The notes under the pieces are model-generated. The model made no database searches, was not told where the DNA came from, and saw only the letters and a list, made by a program, of their open reading frames with translations. A stretch of 64,000 bases of DNA from Tolypothrix carrinoi HA7290-LM1. GTDB lineage: Bacteria > Cyanobacteriota > Cyanobacteriia > Cyanobacteriales > Nostocaceae. Location: positions 1-64,000 of the forward strand of contig JAHHIK010000002.1 of the NCBI GenBank assembly GCA_019358935.1, written 5' to 3'. The translations under genes were made by a program, and so were the position numbers. Shown piece by piece: positions 8,653-18,881 of this stretch; position 1 is the stretch's first letter, and each line of letters begins with the position of its first letter.

Positions 8653-9876
8653 ATGCAAGAAATTCTCTGCCAAAACGAGGCACAACCGCCGCCAACCGTA
8701 TCATTACCTAAAATATACGGCATTCCTATCGACTCAGAAGCCTTGGCTAAGTACAGCCGTGAACTTCAGCTAAAGGAACCCACCGAGGCGCTTTTTGGGC
8801 TAGCTCAAGCTATTGCCAGCAGTCCCATCTGGGCAGAAATGCCTGGAAACATATTAATTGTTCGTCCCACTCCTCAACCTGCACTTTTTGTGTTGGGTTG
8901 CTTGGATGAAGCTGGTAGAGTGCGAATTGCTACAGAACTCCCGGATTTGAATCTGAACATAACTCGTCTGCGCTACGTCAGTTATCGTCAAGCGGAAGCG
9001 GATTGTGAGCGTTTAGCTAAACAATTAGTAGATCGCTTTGGTGATGAAATAAAGGAGTTTCACTTTACTGGGATTCCCCGTGGGGGGCTGATAGTTTTGG
9101 GAATGCTGGCTTACGCTTTGGGGCTAACTCCCGACCAATTAGAACCACCGCCATCGCCCGATGTGCCTTGGGTGGTGGTGGATGACTGTGTTTTTACTGG
9201 TTCTCGACTGAGCAACTTTTTGCAGTCTCATTCTCATGAGGCAGTAATATTTGCAGTGCTTTATTCTCATCCAGATTTGCGAAGAGCGATCGCATCTCGT
9301 GAACCGCGCGTTAAAGTATGTTTGAGCGCTCAAGATATTCATGATTATGCACCAGAAGACCTCGGTGAGAATTACCCAAACTGGCAAGCACACTGCCTCG
9401 CACAACTAGATGGAATCCGCTACTGGGTGGGGAAAACAGAAAATATCTGCTTTAGCTGGAATGAACCAGATCGCTTTGTTTGGAACCCTGTGACTGAAAG
9501 GATAGAGGGTTGCTGGCTGTTGATTCCTCCAGAAATCTGCTTGAAAAATCGACTCAAAGCTGCTGCTGAAGCTCCAATTATCCAGATTCAGCCGGAGAGT
9601 AAAGGACTCATTCAACCAGGGTTGCAAGTCATCTTTGGAGAGTATGAGGGGCAGATTGTGATTGGTAATTTGACAACTGGTGAAAGCTTTTGCTTGACTG
9701 GTGTAGCTGCTGATATTTGGCAAGCGATCGCTCAACATGGCGATGTGGAACAAGTTGTTATGTCACTATTAAGCAGCTACGACGTTGAAGAAGCGACACT
9801 CCGGTGTGATGTGGAGACATTTATAGATGAGTTGTACGCTCAGGGTTTGCTGGTTAAAAGCGATCGCTACTTCTGA
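8653..9876 (+). CDS. type I phosphoribosyltransferase-like protein with C-terminal PqqD/RRE domain
   Basis: TGIPRGGLIV (PPi-loop-like) and WVVVDDCVFTGS (PRPP-binding-loop-like). The last ~85 aa are PqqD-like (NLTTGESFCLTGVAADIW...YDVEEATLRCDVETFIDELYAQGLL). Confidence 0.8.
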   Translation: MQEILCQNEAQPPPTVSLPKIYGIPIDSEALAKYSRELQLKEPTEALFGLAQAIASSPIWAEMPGNILIVRPTPQPALFVLGCLDEAGRVRIATELPDLNLNITRLRYVSYRQAEADCERLAKQLVDRFGDEIKEFHFTGIPRGGLIVLGMLAYALGLTPDQLEPPPSPDVPWVVVDDCVFTGSRLSNFLQSHSHEAVIFAVLYSHPDLRRAIASREPRVKVCLSAQDIHDYAPEDLGENYPNWQAHCLAQLDGIRYWVGKTENICFSWNEPDRFVWNPVTERIEGCWLLIPPEICLKNRLKAAAEAPIIQIQPESKGLIQPGLQVIFGEYEGQIVIGNLTTGESFCLTGVAADIWQAIAQHGDVEQVVMSLLSSYDVEEATLRCDVETFIDELYAQGLLVKSDRYF

Positions 9877-9900
9877 AAAAGTGTGTAGCAATTTAGAAAT

Positions 9901-10037
9901 GCGTAGACGCTCCCGCCGCGTGCCTCTAGGAGAGCGGAGCGTCTTTGAAGGAGAAGAGAAGCGGTGAAGCAGCGCTGCGCTCCGGGTTTCCCTCGTGCCG
10001 GCTCTGCTGAACCCGAAGGGCTTGTCATCAGACATCG
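9901..10037. repeat. GC-rich cluster of nested small dispersed repeats
   Basis: GC-rich hairpin-forming modules in an AT-rich intergenic region, bounded by GCG...ATCG like a split HIP1 site; includes an AACCCGAAGGG module end. Confidence 0.5.
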
Positions 10038-10126
10038 TTTTAGTTCCTGATGTAACTGATTGACAAAGTAAAAGTAATCAAATAAACCTCAGCTTTGTCG
10101 GCAATTATTTATTGGAGGATGTAAAG

Positions 10127-10756
10127 ATGGTTACATACGAACAATTGAATGCACAGCAAGAAGTGAGCGAAAAAGACGCTTTCACCGAAGAACGGTATCG
10201 CCAGTTTTATCGCTTTTTTCCGGCAAATGCCCGTACTGTCCTGGATATAGGATGTAATACTGGCAGAGGTGGTCAAGTATTAAAAAGTCTTAATAAAAGT
10301 CTGCAAATTGCTGGCTTAGATTGCGTCAAAGACAGATTAGAGCGGTTGCCCAAGCAAGTATATGACCGAGGCATTTACGGTTTATCAACAGACATTCCTT
10401 GTGATGACCGTACATTCGATGTGGTTGTCGCTGGCGAATTTATTGAACACATATACCCGATGGATGTTGACAAAACCCTTGCAGAAATATTTCGGGTTTT
10501 GAAAGTTGGCGGCAGATTTTTACTTACAACCCCCAATCCTTTAGATATTAAGAAGAAAATGCGCGGTGAAAGTGTTTTAGATGACACCTGTCATGTTTCC
10601 CAGCATTTTCATGATGCTTTGAAGTTGAAGCTAAAAATGATGGGGTATTCAAGCATCAGAGTGTATGGCAGTGGTAAAGTTACACGTTATCTCGGCTACC
10701 ATTTTCCTTTGTTACATATTTATGGTAGCTATCTGGCAATAGGAGACAAAAAATAA
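10127..10756 (+). CDS. class I SAM-dependent methyltransferase
   Basis: VLDIGCNTG motif I, FDVVVAGEFIEH and RVLKVGG. GGAGG RBS before ATG 10127. Confidence 0.88.
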   Translation: MVTYEQLNAQQEVSEKDAFTEERYRQFYRFFPANARTVLDIGCNTGRGGQVLKSLNKSLQIAGLDCVKDRLERLPKQVYDRGIYGLSTDIPCDDRTFDVVVAGEFIEHIYPMDVDKTLAEIFRVLKVGGRFLLTTPNPLDIKKKMRGESVLDDTCHVSQHFHDALKLKLKMMGYSSIRVYGSGKVTRYLGYHFPLLHIYGSYLAIGDKK

Positions 10757-10777
10757 AATAATACTTGAATATCATGC

Positions 10778-10847
10778 AAGTAGGTGGACATAAGTATACA
10801 AAACCATTAAGTTGTAGTTGGCAACGTTTAATTATGCACACCTACTT
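10778..10847. repeat. small inverted-repeat element
   Basis: AAGTAGGTGGACATAA ... TTATGCACACCTACTT imperfect inverted ends. Confidence 0.45.
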
Positions 10848-10891
10848 ATTAATACAAGATAAAAATAAGATAAATTTAGTCCAACCCGCTG

Positions 10892-12007
10892 ATGAAAACC
10901 TATTCTAAACCTTACACTAACAACCATAAAATAAATGTTCGCCCCGAAGTTGAGCTACTTCTTTCTTGCGCTCGTACCCAGATAGATGATGAACGCGCTC
11001 AACGCATCAAATCTTTAGTTAAGGAAGATATAGACTGGCAATACCTCATAGAAATTGCATCTAGACACGGTTTAATTTCACTTTTGTATGCTAACATCAA
11101 TGCCATCACAAAAGAGGCTGTTCCTGAAGCTGCCTTCGCTCAAATCCGCAGCTTTTTCTACGCCAATGCTCAACGCAACTTTTTTCTAACAGAAGAACTT
11201 GTCAAAATTTTTCGTCTTGTACAAGAACACGGGATTTCATCTGTGCCATACAAAGGTCCAGTTTTAGCTGCCTCATTGTACGGTAATATAGCTTTGCGAC
11301 CGTCTGGTGATTTGGATATCGTGGTGCAACAGCCAGATGTTTTCAAGTTTAAGGATCTGCTGATTTCTCAGGGATATAGACCGAAAGATGATTTGACTGA
11401 AGCTGAGGAAATAGTTTTTCTCCAATCCAAAAGCGAACATGCTTATAGCTTGGTTCATGATGATAAACAGATTTTGATAGAAATTCATTGGAGAATTACA
11501 CCAGAATATACATCTCCAATTGAAACCAAACACTTTTGGGAAAAGCTTGAACCATTTTGCTTTGGTGGCACAACAATATCTAACCTAGCACTAGAAGATT
11601 GGCTACCAATCCTCTGCGTACATGCGTCTAGACATCGTTGGGAACGGCTAATTTGGCTTTGCGACATTGCTGAACTCATCCGAGTCTGCCCAGAAATTAA
11701 TTGGGAAAGAGTCATTCAGCAAGCTACTGTATTCGGCTGTAGGCGAGTGCTATTTCTAGGTCTTTTCTTAGCTAGTTACCTATTAGGAGCGAGGATTCCT
11801 ACAGAAGTTTTGCAGAGGATAAAAGCTGATACTGAAGTTAATTCTCTTGCTAGCGAGGTATGCGAGGAGCTTTTTCAAGATGTGAATGCTCACCAGAGAT
11901 TTTCCGGTAAAATGACTGTCTACCAGATCAGGGTAAGGGAACGCTTGCAAGACAAACTTCTGTATCTGGAATCTTTCTTAGGCTGGTTAATGACTAGGAA
12001 GAAATAA
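10892..12007 (+). CDS. nucleotidyltransferase family protein (NTP_transf_5 type, often lasso-associated)
   Basis: KGPVLAASLYG...RPSGDLD and IEIHW motifs; LCVHASRHRW...WLCDI. Confidence 0.85.
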   Translation: MKTYSKPYTNNHKINVRPEVELLLSCARTQIDDERAQRIKSLVKEDIDWQYLIEIASRHGLISLLYANINAITKEAVPEAAFAQIRSFFYANAQRNFFLTEELVKIFRLVQEHGISSVPYKGPVLAASLYGNIALRPSGDLDIVVQQPDVFKFKDLLISQGYRPKDDLTEAEEIVFLQSKSEHAYSLVHDDKQILIEIHWRITPEYTSPIETKHFWEKLEPFCFGGTTISNLALEDWLPILCVHASRHRWERLIWLCDIAELIRVCPEINWERVIQQATVFGCRRVLFLGLFLASYLLGARIPTEVLQRIKADTEVNSLASEVCEELFQDVNAHQRFSGKMTVYQIRVRERLQDKLLYLESFLGWLMTRKK

Positions 12008-12054
12008 AACCGAGTATTTCTGTCAAGACTAGCTTACCTTCTGATGCAAAAAAG

Positions 12055-12082
12055 TTGACGAGTGCGATCGCGCCCGTCAACT
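12055..12082. terminator. hairpin between the converging lasso and glycan operons
   Basis: AGTTGACG..GCGATCGC..CGTCAACT inverted repeat preceded by an A run. Confidence 0.5.
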
Positions 12083-12093
12083 CATTGCTGTTA

Positions 12094-12200
12094 ATACCAA
12101 TTTTGTGTGAAGATGCGCTCCTCTAGGTCAAACTGTTAGATAGGGTGCATGGGTGCTTTTGTTATGAGTCGTCCATTTAAAATCGAGATTGAAGATGCGC
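12094..12200 (+). mobile_element. truncated IS630-family element (left end plus first transposase codons)
   Basis: End ATACCAATTTTGTGTGAAGATGCGC is shared with the MITE at 448. ATG 12164 reads MSRPFKIEIE, resembling cyanobacterial IS630-type HTH transposase N-termini, then breaks off. Confidence 0.5.
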
Positions 12201-12247
12201 CAAGAAGAGTTGGTTGACACTCTTTGCCCGCGCATGGTCGGAGAGTG

Positions 12248-13627
12248 TCAAAGCCGAGAATTTGTATCTGTAACCATGTATTTTCGTTGATGATGCGATC
12301 GCATAGTAATTTGCTGTTCATGCCATCGCAGACCGATCAAAGTGGCTACAGTTAGCATATATCCTGGCTCTTCCATCAGAGTAAAAATAAAACCGTTAAC
12401 CAGCACAGTGAGCATCATAAACTTGGAAAAGTCATCAACGCAGAGCCTACAAAAGACAATAAAGAAAATATATAGGTAAGCAGCCAAACCCAAGAATCCT
12501 GAATCTCCCCAAATACCAGCCCAGCCCCAAAAAGGAGAGAAAAGGCTGGAGTCGAGATAATAGCCACGCCATGTCGCCCAAACTGCTAAACTGGCAGGAT
12601 GAACGCTGGCTCCTAATGGTCCAAGTAGGTTCCAATAGTCTACTAACATCCAACCTCCTAGTCGTCCAATTGTATGACCAGGACCAAGACCAAGAAACCA
12701 ATTTAGTGATGATTGATAATAAGAAGGAATTATGCGAAATGGTCCTGTTTTCAAGACGGTTGCATCACCGTTAGGACCGTAAATTTCTGGTCTAATCCAG
12801 GTTTTGTATGCTTTAAAAGCTTCTAGATTTTCTATACACCAAAATAATATGTAACCAATTAAAATTCCGGCAATTACGTATTGTAAGGTTACTTTTATAT
12901 CTTTAACACGACTTAAAATTAATATTACCCAGGCTATTATCCATATTAAAAGTACCTGCTTGGCATCAGCGGCTAATAGTTGGAAAAAAGCAGTAAAAAC
13001 AACACAAGCCCTTATCCAAAGGGGAGCGGTTTTGGCGCTAAAAAAATAATAGAGGCTGAAGGACATGGAAACATAAGCGGAGACTACATGACCACCGCCG
13101 GATAGATAAAAAACTCCTTGAATATTATCCTCTTTGGTCAATCTGGGATTAGTAAGGACACCAAGGTCTAAAAGAAACTTTTGGGAAAGAGCTAAAAAGA
13201 TATGAATACTAGCAAAGCCGAGCATCCAAGCCCTAAATCGTTTCAGACTTTCTAAAGTAAAGGGCACACATATTATTGTTAAAAGAAATATATAAGGCTC
13301 GGCAATTAACATAAATCCTACGAATATATTAATTACCCCAGTTTGATTTAAAAGAGCGCTTGCTGTCATTACCACTAACATAATCATCAGACCAGACAAT
13401 AGTGTTTTTGCAATTGCTATCTGCTTTTTATCTTTAACTTTGGTTTTGAATATGACAATGCCACAAACAAGTGGAACTACTACAAAGTGAACAAAATTAA
13501 TGGGTGCAGGTACGCCTACAGCATTAATAATTCGAGGGAAAAAAGCAGTGACAAATGCTATTAGTATCAACGTGGAGTTTTTGACATATTCTCTCTTCTG
13601 TTTATAAATTCCTATTTCTGGATTCAT
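12248..13627 (-). CDS. polytopic membrane protein, O-antigen polymerase/ligase (Wzy/WaaL)-like
   Basis: More than 10 hydrophobic segments, GLGPG loop and DSGFLGLAAY; last gene of the glycosyltransferase operon. Confidence 0.65.
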   Translation of the reverse strand: MNPEIGIYKQKREYVKNSTLILIAFVTAFFPRIINAVGVPAPINFVHFVVVPLVCGIVIFKTKVKDKKQIAIAKTLLSGLMIMLVVMTASALLNQTGVINIFVGFMLIAEPYIFLLTIICVPFTLESLKRFRAWMLGFASIHIFLALSQKFLLDLGVLTNPRLTKEDNIQGVFYLSGGGHVVSAYVSMSFSLYYFFSAKTAPLWIRACVVFTAFFQLLAADAKQVLLIWIIAWVILILSRVKDIKVTLQYVIAGILIGYILFWCIENLEAFKAYKTWIRPEIYGPNGDATVLKTGPFRIIPSYYQSSLNWFLGLGPGHTIGRLGGWMLVDYWNLLGPLGASVHPASLAVWATWRGYYLDSSLFSPFWGWAGIWGDSGFLGLAAYLYIFFIVFCRLCVDDFSKFMMLTVLVNGFIFTLMEEPGYMLTVATLIGLRWHEQQITMRSHHQRKYMVTDTNSRL

Positions 13628-13683
13628 TTATTTTCCTCTGTTGGCAAATTTGCTATGACATTTAGTATTTTAGGTATAAATAA

Positions 13684-14862
13684 TTAATTTTTATGAGTAG
13701 AAGCAGCCTGAGCTATGGCATAAATCTCTATGAGTTTGTGATAATTTCTCTCGGCGGTGTATTTGGCTTCAAATTCGGCTCGTGCTTCTTGGCGCATTTG
13801 AGCGAGTTTTGGGCGGTTGGCTAGCATCCATTCCACTTTGGCTGCTAAATCCTCAGCATCACCTGGGCGGAAATGCAGCCCTGTACGACCAGAATCTACT
13901 AATTCGGCGATCGCTCCAATACTGGAAGCAATTACGGGTGTACCTTTAGCGAATGCTTCAACTGCTACACGCCCAAAGGTTTCATACCATTTTGAAGGAA
14001 AGACTAAAAACATTGCTTCTCCCATCAGGGCATGAACTTCAGGCATCGGTCTGCGTCCAAGCCATTCGACTTGCGGCATTTTATTTGTAGTTTTTGCTAC
14101 TTTTTCGGCTAAGGGACCATCGCCAACTATTTTCAGCGGTATCTGTAGGTTGAAATTTTCCCAAGCAGCAAGTAAGGTATCCAATCCCTTCTCTACGGAA
14201 AGTCTCCCAACATAAAGTGCATACCCGCCTTTACCTTCTCCCAAAACGGGTGCAGGATGGACAAAGTTAGGCTTAATGACGATTTTTTCTGCTGGCAAAC
14301 CACCTTCAATAAATTTCTGCCGCGCAAACTCGGTGAGGGCGATATATATATCTACCATTTCTGTCCAGGTACTCATGGCACGATGTACGGTAATCATAGT
14401 TGCGACACCGCCACTAGCAATTTGGCTTTCGCGATAGCAACCATGCAGCACTCCCGGATAGGGAATGAATTTTCCTAAACAGTTTTCACAGACTTGCCCA
14501 TCCCGGAAAAATAAAGCATTCGGGCAAAGCAAACGATAATTCCGTAAGGTTTGAACTACGGGTACTCCTAAAGCTTTAGCGGCGTAGTAAACCGAGGGAG
14601 AAATTAAAGGAAAGAAATTTTGCACATGAACGAGATCGTGAGCCTTTTCCTGAAGCTGCTGTTGAACTATTTTGTATGCTTCTGTTGACCAAATGGTTTT
14701 GAGAGCCATTTGTGCGGAACTTATAGTAGAAACGCGATCGTTGTTATCTTCATATACGCTGACTTGGTGTCCCATCTCGCGCAAAAGCCGTTCTTCTGAT
14801 TCTCGGGACTCGTCCTCGCCACCGCGAATTTGATAGTTGTTATGTATGCTTAAAATCTGCAT
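13684..14862 (-). CDS. glycosyltransferase family 4
   Basis: YVGRLSVEKG and ETFGRVAVEA (EX7E) motifs. Confidence 0.92.
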   Translation of the reverse strand: MQILSIHNNYQIRGGEDESRESEERLLREMGHQVSVYEDNNDRVSTISSAQMALKTIWSTEAYKIVQQQLQEKAHDLVHVQNFFPLISPSVYYAAKALGVPVVQTLRNYRLLCPNALFFRDGQVCENCLGKFIPYPGVLHGCYRESQIASGGVATMITVHRAMSTWTEMVDIYIALTEFARQKFIEGGLPAEKIVIKPNFVHPAPVLGEGKGGYALYVGRLSVEKGLDTLLAAWENFNLQIPLKIVGDGPLAEKVAKTTNKMPQVEWLGRRPMPEVHALMGEAMFLVFPSKWYETFGRVAVEAFAKGTPVIASSIGAIAELVDSGRTGLHFRPGDAEDLAAKVEWMLANRPKLAQMRQEARAEFEAKYTAERNYHKLIEIYAIAQAASTHKN

Positions 14863-14986
14863 TCAAATAAATCTCCTTTGGTGTCAAGCTCAGTCGTTAG
14901 GACATGTTTTCTGTGTTGGTTGTTTAGTATGCTGGGCTTTGCGAGCCTCGTACTTTGCGCTCTTTGCGCCGTTGCGCTAATCATCA

Positions 14987-16219
14987 CTACTGTTTAGAAA
15001 AGACTTGTTCATAAAGCTGAGTGATGACTTGCCCTTTATGCTCCCAGTCGTATACTTCCCTAACTCTTTTTTGCGCTGCTTGTGCCAAGCTGACTCGTAA
15101 TTCAGAATTGCTAGCTAGTTGCTGCATCGCTTCAGCTAAGTTTTGCACGGCTTGCTCTGGTTCGGGTGCCGGAACTTTGAAGCCTGTTTCTTGAGTAACT
15201 TGAGTCGCCGGTCCGCCTAAGTCAAGGCAAATCACTGGTCTACCAGCCGCCATCGCTTCTAAACAAACCCACCCGCCAGAGTCGTGCAAGCTGGGATGAA
15301 CTAAAGCATGGCACTCTGCGAGTTTTTTTAGGGTTTGTTCACGGGGTAGCAGTCCCCAGAAGCGTACTTGTTCGGTGATGCCTAATTCTTGAGCTAGAGC
15401 CTCCAAAGATTTGCGATCGGGTCCGTCGCCAATAATCCAGTATTCGGCGTTGGGGTGATTTAGCTGGGCAAAAGCCCGCAGTCCAAGATAAAAGCCTTTC
15501 CAATGCAACAGCCTACCAATAGAAATTAAGCGGAAGGGTTCCTGATTAGCTGGCAAGAGTTGAGCCAGAAAATCTAAATCGGATTTGGGGATACCAGCAA
15601 CACCGCAAATTTCGACTCGTTGACAACCCAACGCAAAAAGGCGATCGCTTGTTTCTTGAGTAGCGGCTAAAGCTACTACACAGCGTTGTGCTGTTAGCTG
15701 GACAAACAAGTCTTTTTCACCAAACCAACGGGCTAAATCTCGCAGTGTTTCATAAACTTTACCACGAGTGTTGAAGTCTTGCCAGAAGGTCTTGGGCGCA
15801 GATTCGCCGCCGCCTACCGGACCCCAAATAAAGGGCATGGGAAGTAATGCCAACAAACTTGGACCCCAGTGTTTGACATAGGTAACATGATGCGATATTT
15901 CAAAACCTATCTCGCGGTGGAGTGCTTTAGCGATAAAGTAGATACCTATTTGCCACAGATAGTAATGTAGCTGGACACCTCGCAGTCCTTTCTTCCACCA
16001 CCGCAGCCAAAGAGGCAGGTCGTAGTAAACAAAATGGAGCTTGGGGTTTGGATTTTTGGCTAATTCGGCTTCAATCGCCGGACGATTATCACACCGGGTG
16101 ATTACCCAAACTTCATGGTGTTTGGTCAGTTCCTTTGATATGTTCCAACCAATACCAGGGTCAGAACCTTTGCCAGGACTACACGCGTATGCAGAAACTA
16201 GAACTTTTAGGGATTTCAT
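14987..16219 (-). CDS. glycosyltransferase family 4
   Basis: IGRLLHWKG and PSLHDSGGWVCLEAMAAG. Confidence 0.92.
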   Translation of the reverse strand: MKSLKVLVSAYACSPGKGSDPGIGWNISKELTKHHEVWVITRCDNRPAIEAELAKNPNPKLHFVYYDLPLWLRWWKKGLRGVQLHYYLWQIGIYFIAKALHREIGFEISHHVTYVKHWGPSLLALLPMPFIWGPVGGGESAPKTFWQDFNTRGKVYETLRDLARWFGEKDLFVQLTAQRCVVALAATQETSDRLFALGCQRVEICGVAGIPKSDLDFLAQLLPANQEPFRLISIGRLLHWKGFYLGLRAFAQLNHPNAEYWIIGDGPDRKSLEALAQELGITEQVRFWGLLPREQTLKKLAECHALVHPSLHDSGGWVCLEAMAAGRPVICLDLGGPATQVTQETGFKVPAPEPEQAVQNLAEAMQQLASNSELRVSLAQAAQKRVREVYDWEHKGQVITQLYEQVFSKQ

Positions 16220-17346
16220 GCTGTTTTTCCATTTAAAACCTGTTCATAGACTGCTGCAATTTGTTCAGCAGTTTTTTCCCAAGTAAAATATTTCACTCTT
16301 TCTAAACCTTTTTCTCTTAGTGATTCTCGATAGTTAGAGTCCTGATGAATACGGCATACAGCAAGTGCGATCGCGCGATCGTCGGTTGGGTTAACTAAAA
16401 TGGCAGCATCACCAGCAACCTCTGGTAGAGAACTAACATTTGAAGTGATAACTGGTGTCCCGCAAGCCATTGCTTCTAGAATGGTCATGCCAAAGCCTTC
16501 GTAAAGCGAAGGAGCTACTAGGATATCCGCAGCGTTGTAAATTTTAACAAGGGTTGATTTATCTGGTTTCCCTAAATAAGTAACGCAATTTTCTAATTCG
16601 TGAGTCTGAATATATGTTTTTTGCTCGCTAGTAAAGTCTGCGCCCGTCTTGAGTAAATGTATAGAAATACCGTCATTTTTCAGAATTTGTAACGCTTTTA
16701 AAATAGTGAAAATATTTTTACGTGGATGATTAGATCCAACATTTAATAAGCAAATAGTCTCAGATGAAATGTTATTTTTTTGCCGATAGTTTAGGGCTTC
16801 TGCTATTGAAACCGGATGAAATAACGATTCAACTGCATTGGGAACAACAGTTAAATGTCTTGATTGTACATCCAGTATTGTTGTCACATCTTTTGCAGTA
16901 TGCTTAGAAACTGTAATAATATGGTCTGCTTGACAAATTCCTTTAACAGCAAATTTCCAAGCGGCTGTACTAATGAAAGGTAACCGGGCTTGATCGCTAA
17001 TATTTTCTGAATGTAAAAAATTAATTAAATCGTGGCAAGTGACAGCAAGAGGTTTACCAACATTTTTTAGCCAATAAGCTATATGACCATCACTATGGTC
17101 AATGACATGAAAGATATCTGCTTGACATTTTTGGACAGTTCGTGGATAGTGCCAATAGCGTTGGTAATATTTCCACAAACCATTAAATAAAGCATTGCCC
17201 TGACTGTTGGAAGAGCCAAAGTTAGGCACTAATTCTATAATTTCCCAATCTGGGCGAACGGTTTTTAAACCGCTTATCAAACCATCAGCATAAACATCCA
17301 TGCTGAAAGAGGCATTTAGTGCCCTACGGACAATTGCTATACGCAT
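16216..17346 (-). CDS. glycosyltransferase family 4
   Basis: [18 protein letters not shown] and PRKN motifs. Confidence 0.92.
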   Translation of the reverse strand: MRIAIVRRALNASFSMDVYADGLISGLKTVRPDWEIIELVPNFGSSNSQGNALFNGLWKYYQRYWHYPRTVQKCQADIFHVIDHSDGHIAYWLKNVGKPLAVTCHDLINFLHSENISDQARLPFISTAAWKFAVKGICQADHIITVSKHTAKDVTTILDVQSRHLTVVPNAVESLFHPVSIAEALNYRQKNNISSETICLLNVGSNHPRKNIFTILKALQILKNDGISIHLLKTGADFTSEQKTYIQTHELENCVTYLGKPDKSTLVKIYNAADILVAPSLYEGFGMTILEAMACGTPVITSNVSSLPEVAGDAAILVNPTDDRAIALAVCRIHQDSNYRESLREKGLERVKYFTWEKTAEQIAAVYEQVLNGKTA

Positions 17347-17473
17347 AATAAATATCCGTTTCCACTATTATTGTGATTTAAATATAAACCAGGTTTTTTA
17401 ATATAAATTGTGGTTAGAGAGATTTATTTTTGTTTAAAAACCCGGTTTTTTCTGAGTACCTAGTTAAATAATT

Positions 17474-18727
17474 CTAGGAAATTGTGCTAGCTGGCATTTC
17501 AGCTGCTCGCTGTTTTGATGTACTGACACGTTTTTTTGTATTGTTTATTTTTTCTATCAGTTGCAGAAATGCGTTTAACTCACAGTTCATGTCCTGTCCA
17601 GAAAAGACTTCTTTGGCGTGCTGGCTGTATATTTTTCTGGTATCAGAGTCAGCTAACACACGCATTGCTTCAGCCAAAGCTTCAGAATTACCACAAGGAT
17701 AAACTAGTCCGTTATATCGATGTTGCACTGTATCGCTGTAGCCCCAGTTACCACAGCGATCGCTTAAAATTGCCGGACAACCAGCCGCCATCGCTTCCGA
17801 GACTACCAGTGGATGGGGGTCGCTGTAGGAGCTAGAAACAAAAACATCCATTGCTGCGTAGTACAATGGCAGTTTGCTTTGGTTAACAAAACCGATATTT
17901 AAAACCTCGCCATTCATTGTGGCGAGACGCTTGTTAATTTCTGCTTCTAACGCACCCCCACCAATCATAATTCCCCGGATACGTTGGTCTTTTTGATGCG
18001 CTTTGGCAATTGCTTCGATGAATTCAAATGGATTCTTGCGCTCAATGTACTTGCCTGTAAAGTTATACAGTACAGTGTCTGAGTTCCAACAAAGTTGCTG
18101 GCGAATTTGTTGAATCTCCTCTTGATTATGGGCGATAGTTTGCTCATATCTATCCCGATCCACAGGATAACAACCACGTACCATTTTTTCGTAGGGAACC
18201 CCGTAGTGACGTAGGTATATTGCATTATGGTCACCACTGGAAATCCAATGGTCTGCTAACCCATACATCCACGGGTAAAGTACGGGTAAGATAATTTTAC
18301 GCAGTTGGCTGTAGTGAGCATCTGTGATGATGGTTGCGTCGTTTTGCATGATGATAGGAATTCCACGCAACTTACATAACAGCACCGTCAGACGATAGGA
18401 AAGCGTGTAAAAACTTGGCAAAAATACAGCATCAAAGTTGTCGCGTGTCAAGCGCGAAATTAGTGCGGGATTTAGTAAGTTTTTAGCTGTTTTTGTGGCA
18501 ACTTTTCCAGTTAATGTTTTTAGAAATTCATGCTCGTAACCACTCAACAAATCCACATCCCACGCTTGCGAACTACCAAGATGGCGATCGCCTCCGACTT
18601 GATTCTCATTGCAAAGGTAGAAGGCTGTTACGGAAACTCCAGGCTGCTCATTCAGCTTGCGCCATAATGGTGCGTGGTGTTGCGTGGGGTGGGTGAATAC
18701 CACGCCTAAACGAAAATTCTCTTTCAT
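17474..18727 (-). CDS. glycosyltransferase family 4
   Basis: GKYIERKNP and DPHPLVVSEAMAAG. Confidence 0.9.
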   Translation of the reverse strand: MKENFRLGVVFTHPTQHHAPLWRKLNEQPGVSVTAFYLCNENQVGGDRHLGSSQAWDVDLLSGYEHEFLKTLTGKVATKTAKNLLNPALISRLTRDNFDAVFLPSFYTLSYRLTVLLCKLRGIPIIMQNDATIITDAHYSQLRKIILPVLYPWMYGLADHWISSGDHNAIYLRHYGVPYEKMVRGCYPVDRDRYEQTIAHNQEEIQQIRQQLCWNSDTVLYNFTGKYIERKNPFEFIEAIAKAHQKDQRIRGIMIGGGALEAEINKRLATMNGEVLNIGFVNQSKLPLYYAAMDVFVSSSYSDPHPLVVSEAMAAGCPAILSDRCGNWGYSDTVQHRYNGLVYPCGNSEALAEAMRVLADSDTRKIYSQHAKEVFSGQDMNCELNAFLQLIEKINNTKKRVSTSKQRAAEMPASTIS

Positions 18728-18881
18728 GGTGATGGTGTATCCTACTTATGTAATGAGCATTAATATCAGTGTCCTGTTTAATACTTCGTCGCAAAGGCAG
18801 GCTAAAAATCTCACTTACGTATTCTTAGATACTTAATAACTTCTTCGGCACACGACCCTTATCCGGATAATATCGTTCTTA

